Shown here one piece after another: positions 37,182 to 49,866 of a DNA stretch of 64,000 nt. The notes beneath the pieces are model-generated. The model was not told the DNA's origin. It searched no databases and worked only from the letters and a program-made list of their open reading frames with translations. The number at the start of each line of letters is the position of its first letter. Position 1 is the stretch's first letter. A program made the translations under genes and the position numbers. The stretch covers positions 35,154,001 to 35,218,000 of the forward strand of contig NC_082721.1 in the NCBI RefSeq assembly GCF_030144855.1. Reading direction: 5' to 3'. Origin of the DNA: Hypanus sabinus. Its lineage: Eukaryota.

Positions 37182-38392
37182 ATTTAAGGCAGAGGTTGAT
37201 AAGTTCTTGATTAGTAAGGGCATCAAAGGTACAGGGAGGAGAGAAGGCAAGAGAAAGGTATTGAGAGGGAAAATAAATCAGCCATGATCAAATGGCAGCG
37301 ATGGGCCAAGTGCCCTAATTCAGCTCCTATGCCTTATGTATTATGATTTACATCACCAGTTTCTATTCTCTCACATTACTAATGGATATTGATGAAGGAG
37401 TCTGAAAATAATGCTGCTAGCTCTTATTATAAGCAGTATAAAACTTGTAAACTTTTCTAATATATGATCATATTTTATACATTAACTGTTGAGAAATACA
37501 AGGAAAAAAAGTAGCATTTTTTCAGTTTAGTCTTAGAATGTGTATCCAGTAGCAAATAGGTTAAAACTTAAAATAACAAGTAACCAATTTGTAAATATAT
37601 CATAAGGAAAAACTAGAATATTGTTGTCCATGCTTCAACTTAAAGAAATCTATTTCGATATCAATATCAGAAATTTATATTTCAAAAGTAGCTGCAGGTT
37701 TGGGAGGATATGGTTATAACTGCTGAATAGTTATCTTCTGTAGTGGTGCCACTTTGTCTGCAAATTTCACTTAATTTAAAAGATTTGAAAATTCCATTAA
37801 AGATCAAACACTAAAAGTCAAACTAGATTTCTGTAATGTCTGCCTGTCTATTTAGTAAAGAAAGTAACAGGAAACGTCATGGCAAAGGCACTCAATGTTT
37901 GCCAAGATTGTGGAGAAGGGATTCTATTGAAGTTGAATGCCAGCAAGTAAAATGTGTGAGTACAATGTCTGATATCATTTCTTCTGTCAACTTCCTGTAG
38001 CCATTTAACCAATGCTGCTTCACCTTATTGTGAACAGATCACATTGTTGCAAAGATGCCCAGTGGTTAGTGGAGGCTAAGGGCAAGGCAATGACAAACTT
38101 GTGTTAGATAAAGAAAAAATGTTTAAATATTATTATTTTAAATCTAAAATAAAACTTGAAAACAAAGACAGGAAGAGAACATTTCAGGTTGATATCTGTT
38201 AATTACAAGTCTTGATATGTTCTGCAATTGAAACCCTAGACCATTATTAAGTGTTACTATCAATGGCTCTCTTTACTAACTCTTCTTTGCCGGTCCTCTA
38301 TATCACTGTCAGGAATAGATTTCACACTGAGCTAGGGGATCCAATGCCTTACTTAGCTGTAAACCACTCAGTTTCCCTTATGGACCAACATA

Positions 38393-38921
38393 CACTCAGT
38401 AGCTATGTTCTCCTAGTTCTAATACGGTGGCACTGAGTTTGTTTGTGAATCTTCTGCTGCAGCAGCCCATCACCTCAAGGTTCAATGTGTTGTGCATTCA
38501 GAAATGCTCATCTGCACACCACTGCTGTACCACATGGTTATTTGATTTACTGTTGCCTTCCTGTTAGCTTGAACCAGTCTGGCCATTCTCCTCTCATCTT
38601 TCTCATTAATTAAACATTTTCACCCACGGAACTGCAGTTTGCTGCATGCTTTCTGTTTCTTGCAATGTTCTCTCTGAGCTCTAGAGACTATTGAGTGTTA
38701 AAATCCCAGGAGATCAGCAGTTTCTGAGATACTCAAACCACCCTGTCTGGCACCAACAATCATTCTATGGACAAAGTTACTTTCTTCCCCATTCTGATGT
38801 TTGGTCTGAACAACAACTGAACCTCTTGACCATGTCTGAAGCTTTTATGCATTAAGTTGCGACCACCTGAATGGCTGATTAGATATTTGCATTAACGAGC
38901 AGGTGTACGTGTGTACCTAAT
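38393..38921. mobile_element. Tc1/mariner-type non-autonomous element, right end truncated by an LTR element
   Basis: TA|CACTCAGT left end; right end ..aggtgtacgtgtgtacctaat breaks off at the LTR; minus strand carries a Tc1 transposase N-terminal remnant (gmivgar..gls.seta.llgf). Confidence 0.7.
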
Positions 38922-41650
38922 TGTTATGTTTTGTAAGTTCAGAAATTAGTCAAAAGAAATACACAGCAGCCCAGGAAAATATGTTTAACTTTAGTGAGGC
39001 ACTGACTTTTGACTTGGTGGTGTAATGTCGTATGTCACTCACGTACTTCGTACAGGTATAACTCATAGTGAATTATGTCAACAGAGTGCTTAATCAAACA
39101 ATACATTTACAATATTACTGAGATATTAAATACAGAACACTTTTGCCTGCTTAGCTATAAACTCCAACTCAATATAGAATGCATCTCAACACAAACACAC
39201 ACAAATAAATAAAATATGGTATACTATGTAATGCAACAACTATATAGACATCCATAGCATAATAAATTTTTAATTGTCCCATTCTGGCCTAGAGATTTAA
39301 CCACTATGGAGGATGTTTTAATCTTGTGGGATAATGACTTTCCTGGTTGGGTGGGTGGGGGAAGAGAGGGGGTCACTCTGCTTGGCAGGCGAGACCTTTG
39401 GCTGTGAGAAGTTTCAGGTTCTGGGGCCTCCTCCATGGTGGTCGTAGGAGTTGACTCTGGGACTGCAGGTTCTGATAGCTCTGGCCATCTTTCTCATCTA
39501 ACCATGGACTCTGCTCTCCTCAAATGGTTGATATGTCATCTTCAGATGACATCAGACACAGTCTCCATTATGTAAGAGAGTGGTCCAATTCTGACTTCAA
39601 TCTCTCCAAACCCTCGCTTTTGATCACCTCTGTAGTCCCTTGTCTGGACTGCATATCCAGGAGTGAAACATCAAACCTCCTTGTTTGAGGAGCCCTCAAT
39701 TTGTTTCAGCTGTTTGTCCTGCAAACTCCCTCTGAGATTGGGTTTGAGGAGATTCAAATGTGAGTGCAAGGGGTGACCTAGGAACAGCATAGCTGGTGAG
39801 TTATTGGATGTGCAGTGTGCTGCATTGCCAATTATTTCCTTTTCCAAGGGTAAACAGGATGATCCATTAGCATTTCCATGAGTCATTGTCCTCTTGAATA
39901 TTATCTTGTAATTATGTTCTCCAAGAAACTGAGCCCATCTTTGTATCTGTGCTGCTACTGTAGATTGAAAATGGACACCAGTGGTTGATGATCAGTAATG
40001 AGGGTAAATATCCTCTTATACAGGTATTGGTTGAAATGTTTTATACCACAAACCAGGCTCAAAGCATCTCTGTCAATTTGTAGTAATTTTTCTCTGCAGC
40101 AGTAAAAGACTGTGATGCAAAAACAATGGGGCGTTCACTTCAATTTCTCATAAAATGTGGCATGACTGCACCTATACCTTAAGCTGAGGTTTCACAGGCG
40201 AGATTCCCTGGGCAATGTGGATTATAATGTGTGAGTACAATGTCTGATATCACCATTTCCTTTGCCCTTTGGGAAGCCAACTCACACTGCTTTGTCCATT
40301 GCCATTTCTTCTCGATCTGTAGTAATGAGTTCTTGGGTGGAGGACAGTAGCCAGGTTTGGCAGGAACCAGTTTCAGCAATTGATAATCACTAAAAAGGAC
40401 AGTGACTATGACATATCCTTTGGCCTTAGTGCATCAACCATTGCTTGAATTTTCTCAGCACTCTTGTGTAAACCTCGTGTATCAATGGTGTGACAACAGT
40501 AAGTGATGTTTGGCTAAAAGAATTTACATCTGTCATGTTGTGTTTTGAGCCCATAATCTTCTAACTTTTATAACACTGTCTTGAGGTTTTTGAGATGTTC
40601 CTTATTATCCTCACTGGTAACAATGACATCATCCAGCTAATACTGCGTGTCCAGGCAGCCTTGCTGCACCAGGTCCATAGCTTGCTGGCAGAGTACAGAA
40701 GCAGATGCAATTTCAAAAATAAGATGATTATAGCAATAAAATCGTTTGTGAGTGTTTATGGTAAGAATCACCCTGGGCTCTTCTTTCATCTAAATCTGTA
40801 GGTAGACCTCAGCTAAGTCCACTTTGTTGAAGTGTTTCCCACCAGAAAGGTTTGCAAAGGTATCCTCTATCCTGGTGAGAAGGCAGGAGAAAGGGTTTGA
40901 AAGGGAACTGGAACAGCCATGGACTCAATAGCCTAATTCTGCTCCTATGTCTTATGGTATTGATCTACTTTCAGTACTGCGTTGATGGTGACCTTAAAAT
41001 CACCACAGATCCTGACAGACCCTTTCTTCTTCTTAGCTACACGGACCACTGGTGTTGCTCATGGGCTTCATTCAACCTTGAAAAGAATTCCTTTGACCTC
41101 CATGTGATCCAGCTCACTGGCTACTTTACCATGTATGGTAGAAGAAGCCAGACAGGTTTTGTAAAATTTTTTATTTTTATTTAACACTGTTTTACTTTGA
41201 TATGTTTGAGTTTTCCAATGCCATCCTTGAATAATACTGTGGCATCAACCAGTACTTTTGCAGGGGATGTGGCAGGTAAATTGTGGATGGATCTCCAGTT
41301 GTGCTGCAGTTGTCTCAGCCAATCATGGCCCTACAATGCTGATCCTTTTTTTTAAAATATCACATACAAGCCCAATGTGGCTTGTTGGTTGTTGTATTTC
41401 ACTGTTAGAAATGTCATTCCCACAGGCATTATTTTTCCCCAGTATAAGTTCTTTGTTGGATAACAGCAGGTATTAGTTCAGTCCCTTTGAAATGCCGTTC
41501 AAACTCATTTTGTGGAATGACTGAAACAGTCGAGCGAGAGTCCAATTCCATTTTAACTAGTTTGTCTCTCATTTCTGATGTAAGCCACATCGTTTGTCTA
41601 TTGTTAGTTTTCAGACTGCAATCTCAAATGCCCAATCCAGTATCATTCTG
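38922..41650 (-). mobile_element. Heavily decayed Gypsy element (3' LTR 38922-39139; protease, RT, RNase H and integrase remnants)
   Basis: TGTTATG...AGAACA LTR; KMELDSRSTVSVIP protease-like at ~41515-41555; SWMMSL/LDDVI RT region ~40620-40640; SDIVLTHYNP..LACETS (ORF 40179-40379); SPAMLFLGHPLHSHLNLLKP (ORF 39671-39886); a small CR1 tail is inserted at ~40877-40960. Confidence 0.82.
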
Positions 41651-41915
41651 ATGGGGAAGGCTTTGGGTGTAAACCCCGAGGGATAAATCCAGAGCTGGAG
41701 GCTCTTCTAAATTCAACGCTGACTGGCAACTCCTGTGATGCTGCTGGTACCAAACTTTATCAGTCTCCACCGTTCCTTTGGGCTCATCAAATGCATGGAG
41801 AGAGGGAGCATGCTACATGGGCAACAGCTTGCTCTCCATATTGTTCTGCCCTGACTTGCGTATCTAGACAGCTAGGTCACAATGTCCGTGGTTGACTCTG
41901 ACTGGCAGAGGCCTC
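41650..41915 (+). mobile_element. 5'-truncated copy of the 36385-36943 element
   Basis: Direct similarity to 36663-36943; abuts the broken end of the Gypsy at 38922-41650. Confidence 0.7.
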
Positions 41916-42529
41916 GCTCAATGGTAACATAATTTAGAAGTGGACTTGGCATAATTTAAAAGCCCCCTTCTCAATTAAATGTCAGTTATAATTGGATGCT
42001 GACTCAAGTCAATTAAATGGAATCCACAGAAGGGGTATTTCTAGTAATTAACTTTGATCAGTTGGGCATTGAATTGATTAATCTAATCTTTTATGATTGT
42101 AAATCATTGGAATTTTAGACAATTGATCTTGAATAACTTTGATTTCTTTTTAAAAAGAAGTGCATTGTAAATCACAAGAGCAATATCTTGATTCACTGCA
42201 GATGTCACAGGAACCACAAATTATATTATAGCTTTCAGCTCTCTGTTCAGGGCTATCAATGTTTTTGATATTGTTCACTGTATTCTGAGAATAATGACTG
42301 TGTAGCGATGTGCTACACACAGCGCTGAAATAAAGACACACAGTCGGCAAGTTGTTTGGAGACTAGTTTATTCAAACTTAGTGGCGCTGGTATTTATTCC
42401 CTAGCGCCCGCCCTCTCCTACAACAAAGGAAGTCAGAGGTGCATTACCAAAGTCTCCCCCCATGCGCTGGCTATTTGTGAGCCGGTTCGCCTGCGCAGAA
42501 AGTGGGTCACCACATAACCCCCCCCAGAA

Positions 42530-45500
42530 CCGGCGATACACCCCCCAATGTCCAGTCTGGATCAGCCTCTGTTTGGGAGGTTTGCCTCTGCACCGTGGTG
42601 CCTGAACCTCGACTGGCTGCGCCAAGTCCACATGGGCTGGTTTGAGTCGGCCCACTGTGAAAACCTCCTCTCTCCCCCCAATGTCCAGAACGTACGTGGT
42701 CCCGTTGTTGTTGATCACCTTGAATGGCCCCTCGTACGGCTGCTGTAGCGGTGCCCGGTGTCCACCCCTTTGTACAAACACAAACTTACAGTTCTGCAGG
42801 CCTTTGGGTACATGGGTTGGGGTCCGTCCATGCTGTGAAGTTGGTACGGGGGCCAGGTTGCATAGCCTTTCGCGTAGTCTGTCCAGGACTGCTGTGGGTT
42901 CTTCCTCTTGCCCCCTTGGGGCTGGTATGAACTCTCCCTGGACGGCCAGGGGTGCGCTGTACACCAACTCGGCCGATGAGATGTGCAAATCCTCTTTGGG
43001 CACTGTACAAATTCCAAGCAGGACCCAGGGAAGCTCATCCACCCAGTTAGGTCCTCTCAGGCGGGCTATGAGAGCCGACTTCAAGTGACGGTGGAAGCGT
43101 TCCACCAGTCCGTTCGACTGTGGGTGGTAGGCAGTTGTGTGGTGTAGCTGCGTTCCCAACAGGCTGGCCACAGCTGACCACAGGCTGGAGGTGAACTTGG
43201 TGCCTCTGTCGGAGGTAAAGTGGGCCGGTACCCTGAAGCGCGCTACCCAGGTTGCGATCAGTGCTCGGGCGTAGGAATCGGCAGATGTGTCGGTGAGCGG
43301 GACCGCCTCTGACCACCTCGTGAACCGGTCTACCATAGTTAGGAGGTACCGAGCTCCTCGGGACACTGGTAGGGGGCCCACGATATCCACATGAATGTGG
43401 TCGAACCTCCGATGGGTGGGTTTGAATTGCTGCAGCGGGGCTTTAGTGTTCCACTGCACCTTGGCTGTTTGGCACTGCGCGCACGTTCTGGCCCATTCAC
43501 TGACCTGCTTGCGAAGTCTGTGCCACGCGAACTTGCTGGAGACCAGCTGGACAGTTGTCCTGATAGATGGGTGTGCCAAACTGTGTATGGAGTTGAAAAC
43601 TCGCTGCCTCCAGGCCACCGGGACGATGGGGCGAGGTTGGCCAGTAGCCATGTCGCACAGGAGGGTCCTCTCACCTGGTCCTATGAGAAAGTCCTGCAGC
43701 TGCAAACCCAAGACTGCGGTCCTGTAGCTGGGCAACTTGTTGTCTGCCTGCTGCACCTCCGCCAGTGCTGCATAGTCCACCCCCAGGGACAGGGCCTGGA
43801 CAGCTGGTCTGGAGAGTGCATCCGCCACGACGTTGTCCTTTCCTGAGACATGCTGGATGTCCTTCGTGTACTCGGAGATGTAGGACAGATGTCGCTGCTG
43901 GCGAGCCAACCAGGGATCAGACACCTTTGTGAACGTGAAGGTCAATGGTTTGTGGTCTGTGAACGCAGTGAACGGCCTGCCTTCTAAGAAGTACCTGAAA
44001 TGCCAGATTGCCAGATACAGTGCCAACAGCTCCCGGTCAAAAGCACTGTATTGAGTTCGGGTGGTTCTAGGTGCTTGCTGAAGAACGCCAGGGGTTGCCA
44101 GCGCCCCTCGATGAGCTGCTCCAGCACCTCACCGACTGCTGTGTCGGATGCATCTACCGTGAGGGCGGTCGGAACGTCCGTTCTGGGGTGAACTAGCATT
44201 GCGGCATCTGCCAAGACTTCCTCATCCCAAGTAATGTCCTTGCCTTTACCCGACATCAGGGTGTACCAAGGGCACATGATACAGGCTGCTGAGGGAAGGA
44301 AACGGTGGTAGAAGTTCACCATACCAACGAACTCCTGCAGGCCTTTGACCGTTTTGGGCCGGGCAAAGTGGCAGATCGCGTCTACCTTGGCGGGCAGAGG
44401 TGTTGCCCCGTCTTTGGTAATCCTGTGGCCCAGGAAGTCGATGGTATCAAGACTGAACTGGCATTTGGCCGGGTTGATCGTGAGGCCGAAATCACTCTGG
44501 CGGGAGTAGAGCTGGCGGAGGTGGGACAGATGCTCCTGACGACAACTGCTGGCTATAAGGATGTCATCCAAATAGATGAACGCAAAGTCCAGGTCGCATC
44601 CCACCGCGTCTATTAGCCGCTGGAACGTCTGTGCGGCATTCTTCAGGCCGTACGGCATTTGGAGGAACTCGAACAGGCTGAACGGAGTGATGAGTGCTGT
44701 TTTTGGGGATGTCTTCAGGGTGCACCGGGATTTGATGGTAATCCCGGACGAGGACTACTTTGGAAAAGATTCTTGCCCCGTGCAGGTTTGCTGCAAAGTC
44801 CTGTATGTGCTGCACGGGTTAGTGGTCTGGAGTGGTAGCCTCGTTCAGTCTGCGGTAGTCGCCGCATAGTCTCCAACCCCCGGCTGCTTTGGGCACCATG
44901 TGCAGGGGGGAGGCCCATGGGCAGTCGGACCTCCGTATGATCCCCAATTCCTCCACCCTCTTGAACTCCTCCTTCACCAGACGGAGCTTTTCCGGGGGGA
45001 GCCTTTGTGCGTGGGCGTGGAGGGGTGGTCCCTGGGTCGGAATGTGGTACTGTATCCCGTGTCTGGGCATGCCTGCCGTGAACTGCGGTGCCAGAATCGA
45101 AGTAAAGTCCGCCAGGATTCTGGTGAATTTGTTGTCCGACAGCGTGATGGACTCCAGGTGTGGGGCCGGCAACTTGGCTTCACTCAGGGAGAACGTCTGG
45201 AAAGTCTCGGCATGTACCAGTCTTTTCCCTTGCAAGTCGACCAGCAGGCTGTGAGCTCGCAAGAAGTCCACCCCCAGGAGTGGTTGGGCCGCGGTGCCCA
45301 GTGTGAAGTCCCATGTGAACCGGCTGGTGCCGAACTGCAGCTGCACTGTGTGGGTGCCATAGGTCCGTATCATGCTGCTGTTTGCGGCCCTCAGGGTGGG
45401 TCCTGGCTTCCTGTTGCGGGTGTCGTACCCTGTCGGGGGCAAGATGCTGATCTCCGCTCCGGTGTCGACCAAGAAGCAGTGTCCCAACTGTTTGTCCCAG

Positions 45501-46130
45501 ACGCACAAGAGGCTGTCCTGGTGGCCAGCCGCCACAGTCATTAGCGGCAGCTGGCCCTGGCCCTTGCAGGGTGGGCGACAACGGCAGGCTTTTGTGCCCC
45601 ACCGTTGGTGGTAGAAACACCACTGTTCACTGGCCTCCTCACTCCTGCCTCTGTGTTGTGTGCACCCCCTGCCGGGCCAGGTCTGCTCTGCTGTTGGGCG
45701 CGTGGCCTGGCAATCTGACCGACGGACGCCACGCTCTCCCTCTTGGCTTTCCACAGCACATCTGCTCGGGCTGCCACCTTCCGGGGGTCTCTGAAATCTG
45801 CGTCGGCCAGCAGCAGATGTATGTCCTCCAGCAGTTGCTCTAGGAACGCTTGCTCGAACATGAGGCAAGGCTTGTGTCCGTCAGCCAGGGCCAGCATCTC
45901 GTTCATCAATGCTGAGGGCAGTCTGTCTCCCAAACCGTCCAGCTGAAGCAGGCGGGCACCCCGCTCACGCCGTGAGAGGCCAAAGGTCCCAATGAGATAT
46001 TTGCCTTCTTCCGGGGGCGACTGTATGAAATCCGCAACCTGGGCGGCGTCTCCCGGTCAAGGGCGCTCACCACGTGGTAGTAACGCGTGGAATCAGAGGG
46101 TATCTGCCGAACCTGGAACTGGGCTCCTGC
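42530..46130 (-). pseudogene. gag-pol of the Gypsy element, frameshifted; gag start deleted
   Basis: gag (LGDRLPSALMNEMLALA, WCFYHQRWG..CRPPC); protease FLVDTGAEISILP; RT WASPLHMVPK..CGDYRRLN, MPYGLKNAAQTFQR, YLDDILIAS; RNase H TVDASD..FTDHKPL..NVVADALSR; integrase H..H..C..C, HVDIVGP, SDRG, ERFHR, YEGPF. Split over ORFs 45541-45933, 44819-45868, 44564-44815, 43984-44658 and 42401-44026. Confidence 0.95.
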
Positions 46131-46156
46131 TTGGCTAGTCCGAATCCCGTCTGGAC

Positions 46157-46170
46157 CGTCGGGGTCACCG
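46157..46170 (-). promoter_or_regulatory. Primer-binding site complementary to tRNA-Trp 3' end
   Basis: Minus strand CGGTGACCCCGACG directly after the 5' LTR; vertebrate tRNA-Trp ends ..CGUCGGGGUCACCA (expected TGGTGACCCCGACG, one T>C change). Confidence 0.85.
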
Positions 46171-46556
46171 ATGTAGCCATGTGCTACACACAGCGCTGAA
46201 ATAACGACACGCAGTCGGTAAGTCGTTTCGAGACGAGTTTATTCAAACTTCGCGGCGCCCGCCCTCTCCGGGCGGAAATGACGTCAGAGGCGCGTCACCG
46301 AAGTCCCCCCCCCCACCCGCGCTGGCTATTTCTGAGCCGGTTCGCCTGCGCAGAAAGTGGGTCGCCACAGCTGTATAATATGTGGAAACAGAAGGAAATT
46401 AATTGAGCAATTATAAAGAGACTCATAGAAGGTGTGTAAAATTAAACGTTATTCTGTAATTGCAAGAACTATAAGAGAATTAGTAATGCGGTGAAAAATT
46501 ATAGAAAAATTACAATTCTTGTACTGAAGCATTTGTCCTCGAGTCTGCATTATTTA

Positions 46557-46573
46557 GTCACTAGGTGGCAGAC
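46557..46573 (+). promoter_or_regulatory. CTCF-like motif
   Basis: gtCACTAGGTGGCAGac closely matches the CTCF core CCACYAGRKGGCR; motif match only. Confidence 0.4.
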
Positions 46574-47809
46574 CAATACAAAATAAGTGTAAGTCAATTA
46601 ATTCAGAGCCAGGATATTTAAATCTCTGCACGATTGCAGATGTGTGGATACTATGCAGCAAATGTAAACACATCAGATTTCAGACTTCAGCTGCCAAAAA
46701 AGTCATTATCAGTGTAGCTCCAACTGAAAGAACTGCTGAGTCTACGTTTGCCACACTTAATCGTCCTGAATGAATGAATTGTGAATCAAATTGGATGAGA
46801 GTGTTCACTGCATAAAAAGAAACAAGATGCACCAAGACTAGTTAAATCTAATCTGATTTATGGGAAGATACCGAAATCCGTTATTAAGGAAGTAGTACTA
46901 GAAGACTTGGAAAATCATTATATGATTAAGCTGTCAATTTTATGAAAGGGAACTTTCTTTTGAAAGTTTTTTTTTGAAAGATTTAACTATTTGGGTAGAA
47001 GAGGGGGAAACTATGTTTTATGAAGGGCATTTAGTTAGATACCAAGTGAAACATTGTTGCACAAAACTGAGCTTAGAAGTAATTCAAGTATATTAGTTTA
47101 AGACCATGGAGGAGGAATAAATGGGATATATTCAACATTATAATCTGATGCCAATAAGCTGTGAATAAGTTACTTGTTAGACTTCAATTATTTACCTTTT
47201 ACATTAATGATTAAGTAAAGACTCTGAATGTTAAATTAGATGGGGAGAAAATTTTCTTGCTTTTGCCCCCTACCCAAGATCCACACACCTGACTGTCCGG
47301 GTAAGCCTATTGTCTTCTGCCCGCTCCTCACCCACTGATCTCACATCCACATACCTCAACTCCATTCTGTTCTGTCCCTCTTGGGTCAGTCCCTTCCCAC
47401 CTACATCTGCAAAACATGAGCTAAATGGCAAGTGTACAGGGTGAAGGATCAGACATTTAAACCAGAGAAGAGAATGAACTTGTTCAGTAAGGGGGTGTAA
47501 ATCCTTCAAAAGATCTACCCAGATATCTGTGGATTCTGCATTTATTCAAGGCTGAGATCTATGGATTTTTAACTTTTTAAAGGGATGTGGGGATTAGGAA
47601 AGTGTTGGGTTGAACACAAGTTTGACTATCAGAACAAACTTGAAGAATCAACGCCTGCTCCTATTTTTTTAAATGCAGCTAATTTTTGTTTCAATCAGGT
47701 TAATTTCCAGGAAAGATTGTAGAAGGAAATATCTGAAGGAAATTTTGTGAAGCACATTAACCAGAAGAAATAGCAAACAAAATATTTTCAACATTGAGGA
47801 CACCTTCAG

Positions 47810-48098
47810 CATGTGGTGCCTGAAGAAGGTGGCATTCATCACTCAGGACCCTGATCATGTAGGATATGTCCTCTTCCCATCACTATCACCAGGGAGAGCA
47901 GAGCCTGAAGACTCAGAGAGAGCTTCTTTCTCTCTGCCACCAGATTTCTGAATGACCCATTCATACTTCATTTTTCCCTTTTTACACTATTTATGTTACA
48001 GTTTTTAGTAATATTATGTCTTTGCACTGTTCTGCTGCTCCAAATAACAAACTTCATATCACATAAGACATTAAAAACAAACCTAATTCTGATTCTGA
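47810..48098 (+). mobile_element. Rex/Babar LINE 3' fragment
   Basis: CLKKVAFITQDPDHVGYVLFPSLSPGR remnant; tail aaacctaattctgattctga. Confidence 0.7.
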
Positions 48099-49519
48099 AT
48101 CCCATTCTTATGATGCTTGTAAAAATACTGACATAGGAAACAACTAAATCAGAATTCCATTTACCCAGCTATCCTCATCTGGAAACTTAGTTAGATAGAA
48201 AAATTAAATTAATGCTACACTAAAAGAAATAACAGAACAAAAGAATAAGGAGCATAGACAACCACCACTTAGTTTGGAGCAAATTGAATGTTCTCTATTT
48301 TTGGAGCAATGTTCCAGTAATAAATCAATTTCTGCTGTTCAAGCAGATTTATGAATCTGCTATCAATGTTTGTTCCAGTGTCACAGTGCATGGGCTGAAA
48401 ATAAAACTGATCATCCCAAAGAAACCAGAAAAATCATTAGAGGCTCCATAAATCGACTTCACATTCATTACAAGCTAGTAGGCTTCAGAGTTTAAAATTA
48501 ATCTGTTCTATTCTTCAGTCAGACTAAGTCTGACTTATTCTGTACCATACACAAAAAGCCATTTACAACATGCTCCTTGCTCACCACAGCTGAGCTTGAT
48601 CTCAATTTTTTTATATAAGGTCAAGTACTAGCATTTGTCTGCATGTATCGCAGATAATGACTGAATAATGGGACTTGTACGATTTCACCCCATGAAACTC
48701 GACTTTTATGATCTGTCAAGGAAGCCTGTCTACTGCCTCAAGTTAAATAACCTAAACAAATTCAGATGGAAGTATAGACCAAAGAACAATGGAGTCTCCT
48801 GCCAGTCTTGGAAATAAGAACGGAGAGTTGTAAGTGTTGTACTCAGGTTCATCAAAGGCGAGAAAGTAAAAGAAACAATAACTACAGGCCAATCTGCTGA
48901 AGTTGGGTGGGAAAAAGTTTTAGGGACAATAAACTATAGCAAAGTAATAATAAATTTGAACATTGTGGGTTAATGAAAGGCTGTGGTCACGAATTAGTTG
49001 TTTGCCATATAGTCAGTCTTATGAAATAATTGAAGTTGTTTAAGAAGGCACCCATAGTCTCTCCATATACGTATTCATCAAGTAATTCCATCCATAATTT
49101 TGTCTGGCAGTTTCCATTACTTCATCTAACAACTTAGACCTCTTTTAAATCTCCCTAAACCTTTCCTGTGAGAAAGTGAATTACTTGTGAAAATGGCATT
49201 TTCTTCTTCTCAAAGAGAAGGTTTTCGGAGATTTACCAGATGTCTGAATTATTGGAGGTTTGGATAGAGTGAACAGGACAAAATGTTTCCACTGGTAGGA
49301 GTGTTGGTAACCAAAGATGTTGATTTGAGATAAATGGCAAAAACCCATGGGGATAGGAGGAACTTTCCTTCTGCTGCAGGTTATGCATCGATCTGGAATG
49401 CACTACACCAAAGGGTAGGTAGAATAATATTTATACTTTACTAATATTTTAAGGGGAAGTTGGACTGGAGGGTGAAAATAAATAGGTCTGAAATAAAACA
49501 AATAGAAAAATAGAATAAA

Positions 49520-49866
49520 ATTGTGCAAAATTATGAGGAGTATAGATAGGGTGAATACTTGCAGGTTTTTCCCCCTGAGGTTTGGTGAAATCAGAACCGA
49601 AGGCCACCAGTTTAGGGTGAAAGGTGAAATATTTGAAGGGAATCTGAGGAGTTTCCTCACTCAGAGGGTGGTGCAAGTGTGGAATGACACTGGGAATGGT
49701 AGATATAAGTTCCATTGCACAATTTAAGAGAAGTTTTTATAGCTACATGGATGAGAGGTATGGAAGTCTATGATTCGGGTGCAGGTACATGGGACTAGGC
49801 AGAAAACTGCTGCCAAAGACTAGATGGGCTGAAGGGTCCATTTCTATGTTGTACTACCCTATGACC
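49520..49866 (+). mobile_element. CR1 3' fragment (older CR1 remnant adjacent at ~49195-49400)
   Basis: ORF 49521-49727 KIMRSIDRVN..RTEGHQFRVKGE..FLTQRVVQVWN; CR1 tail. Confidence 0.85.

Larger units (their letters stand above)
35640..37345 (+). mobile_element. CR1 LINE 3' fragment (interrupted 36385-36943)
   Basis: ASGAAQG..LYVNDL..VAKFVDDPKAG, QMEYCGVKCMVMHFG, HLEYC, DLIEI..LKG|GLKKME join, CR1 tail ctaattcagctcctatgccttatg. Confidence 0.88.
42301..46369 (-). mobile_element. Near full-length Gypsy LTR retrotransposon
   Basis: LTRs 42301-42514 and 46172-46369 (TG..CA); 4-bp TSD actg/gctg; polypurine tract ~42518-42526; PBS 46157-46170; gag-PR-RT-RH-IN order. Confidence 0.97.

Noticed and set aside
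41920-41936. ggtaaca|taat as the far end of the 38922 Gypsy with a taat TSD
   Set aside because: No LTR-homologous sequence precedes it; likely coincidence.
42401-44026. 541-aa ORF as a host or domesticated gene
   Set aside because: It is the RNase H-integrase part of a frameshifted Gypsy pol bounded by LTRs, PBS and PPT; it reads into the LTR only through a frameshift.
42548-45946. Many overlapping plus-strand and alternate-frame ORFs
   Set aside because: By-products of the GC-rich, stop-poor Gypsy interior; no independent motifs.
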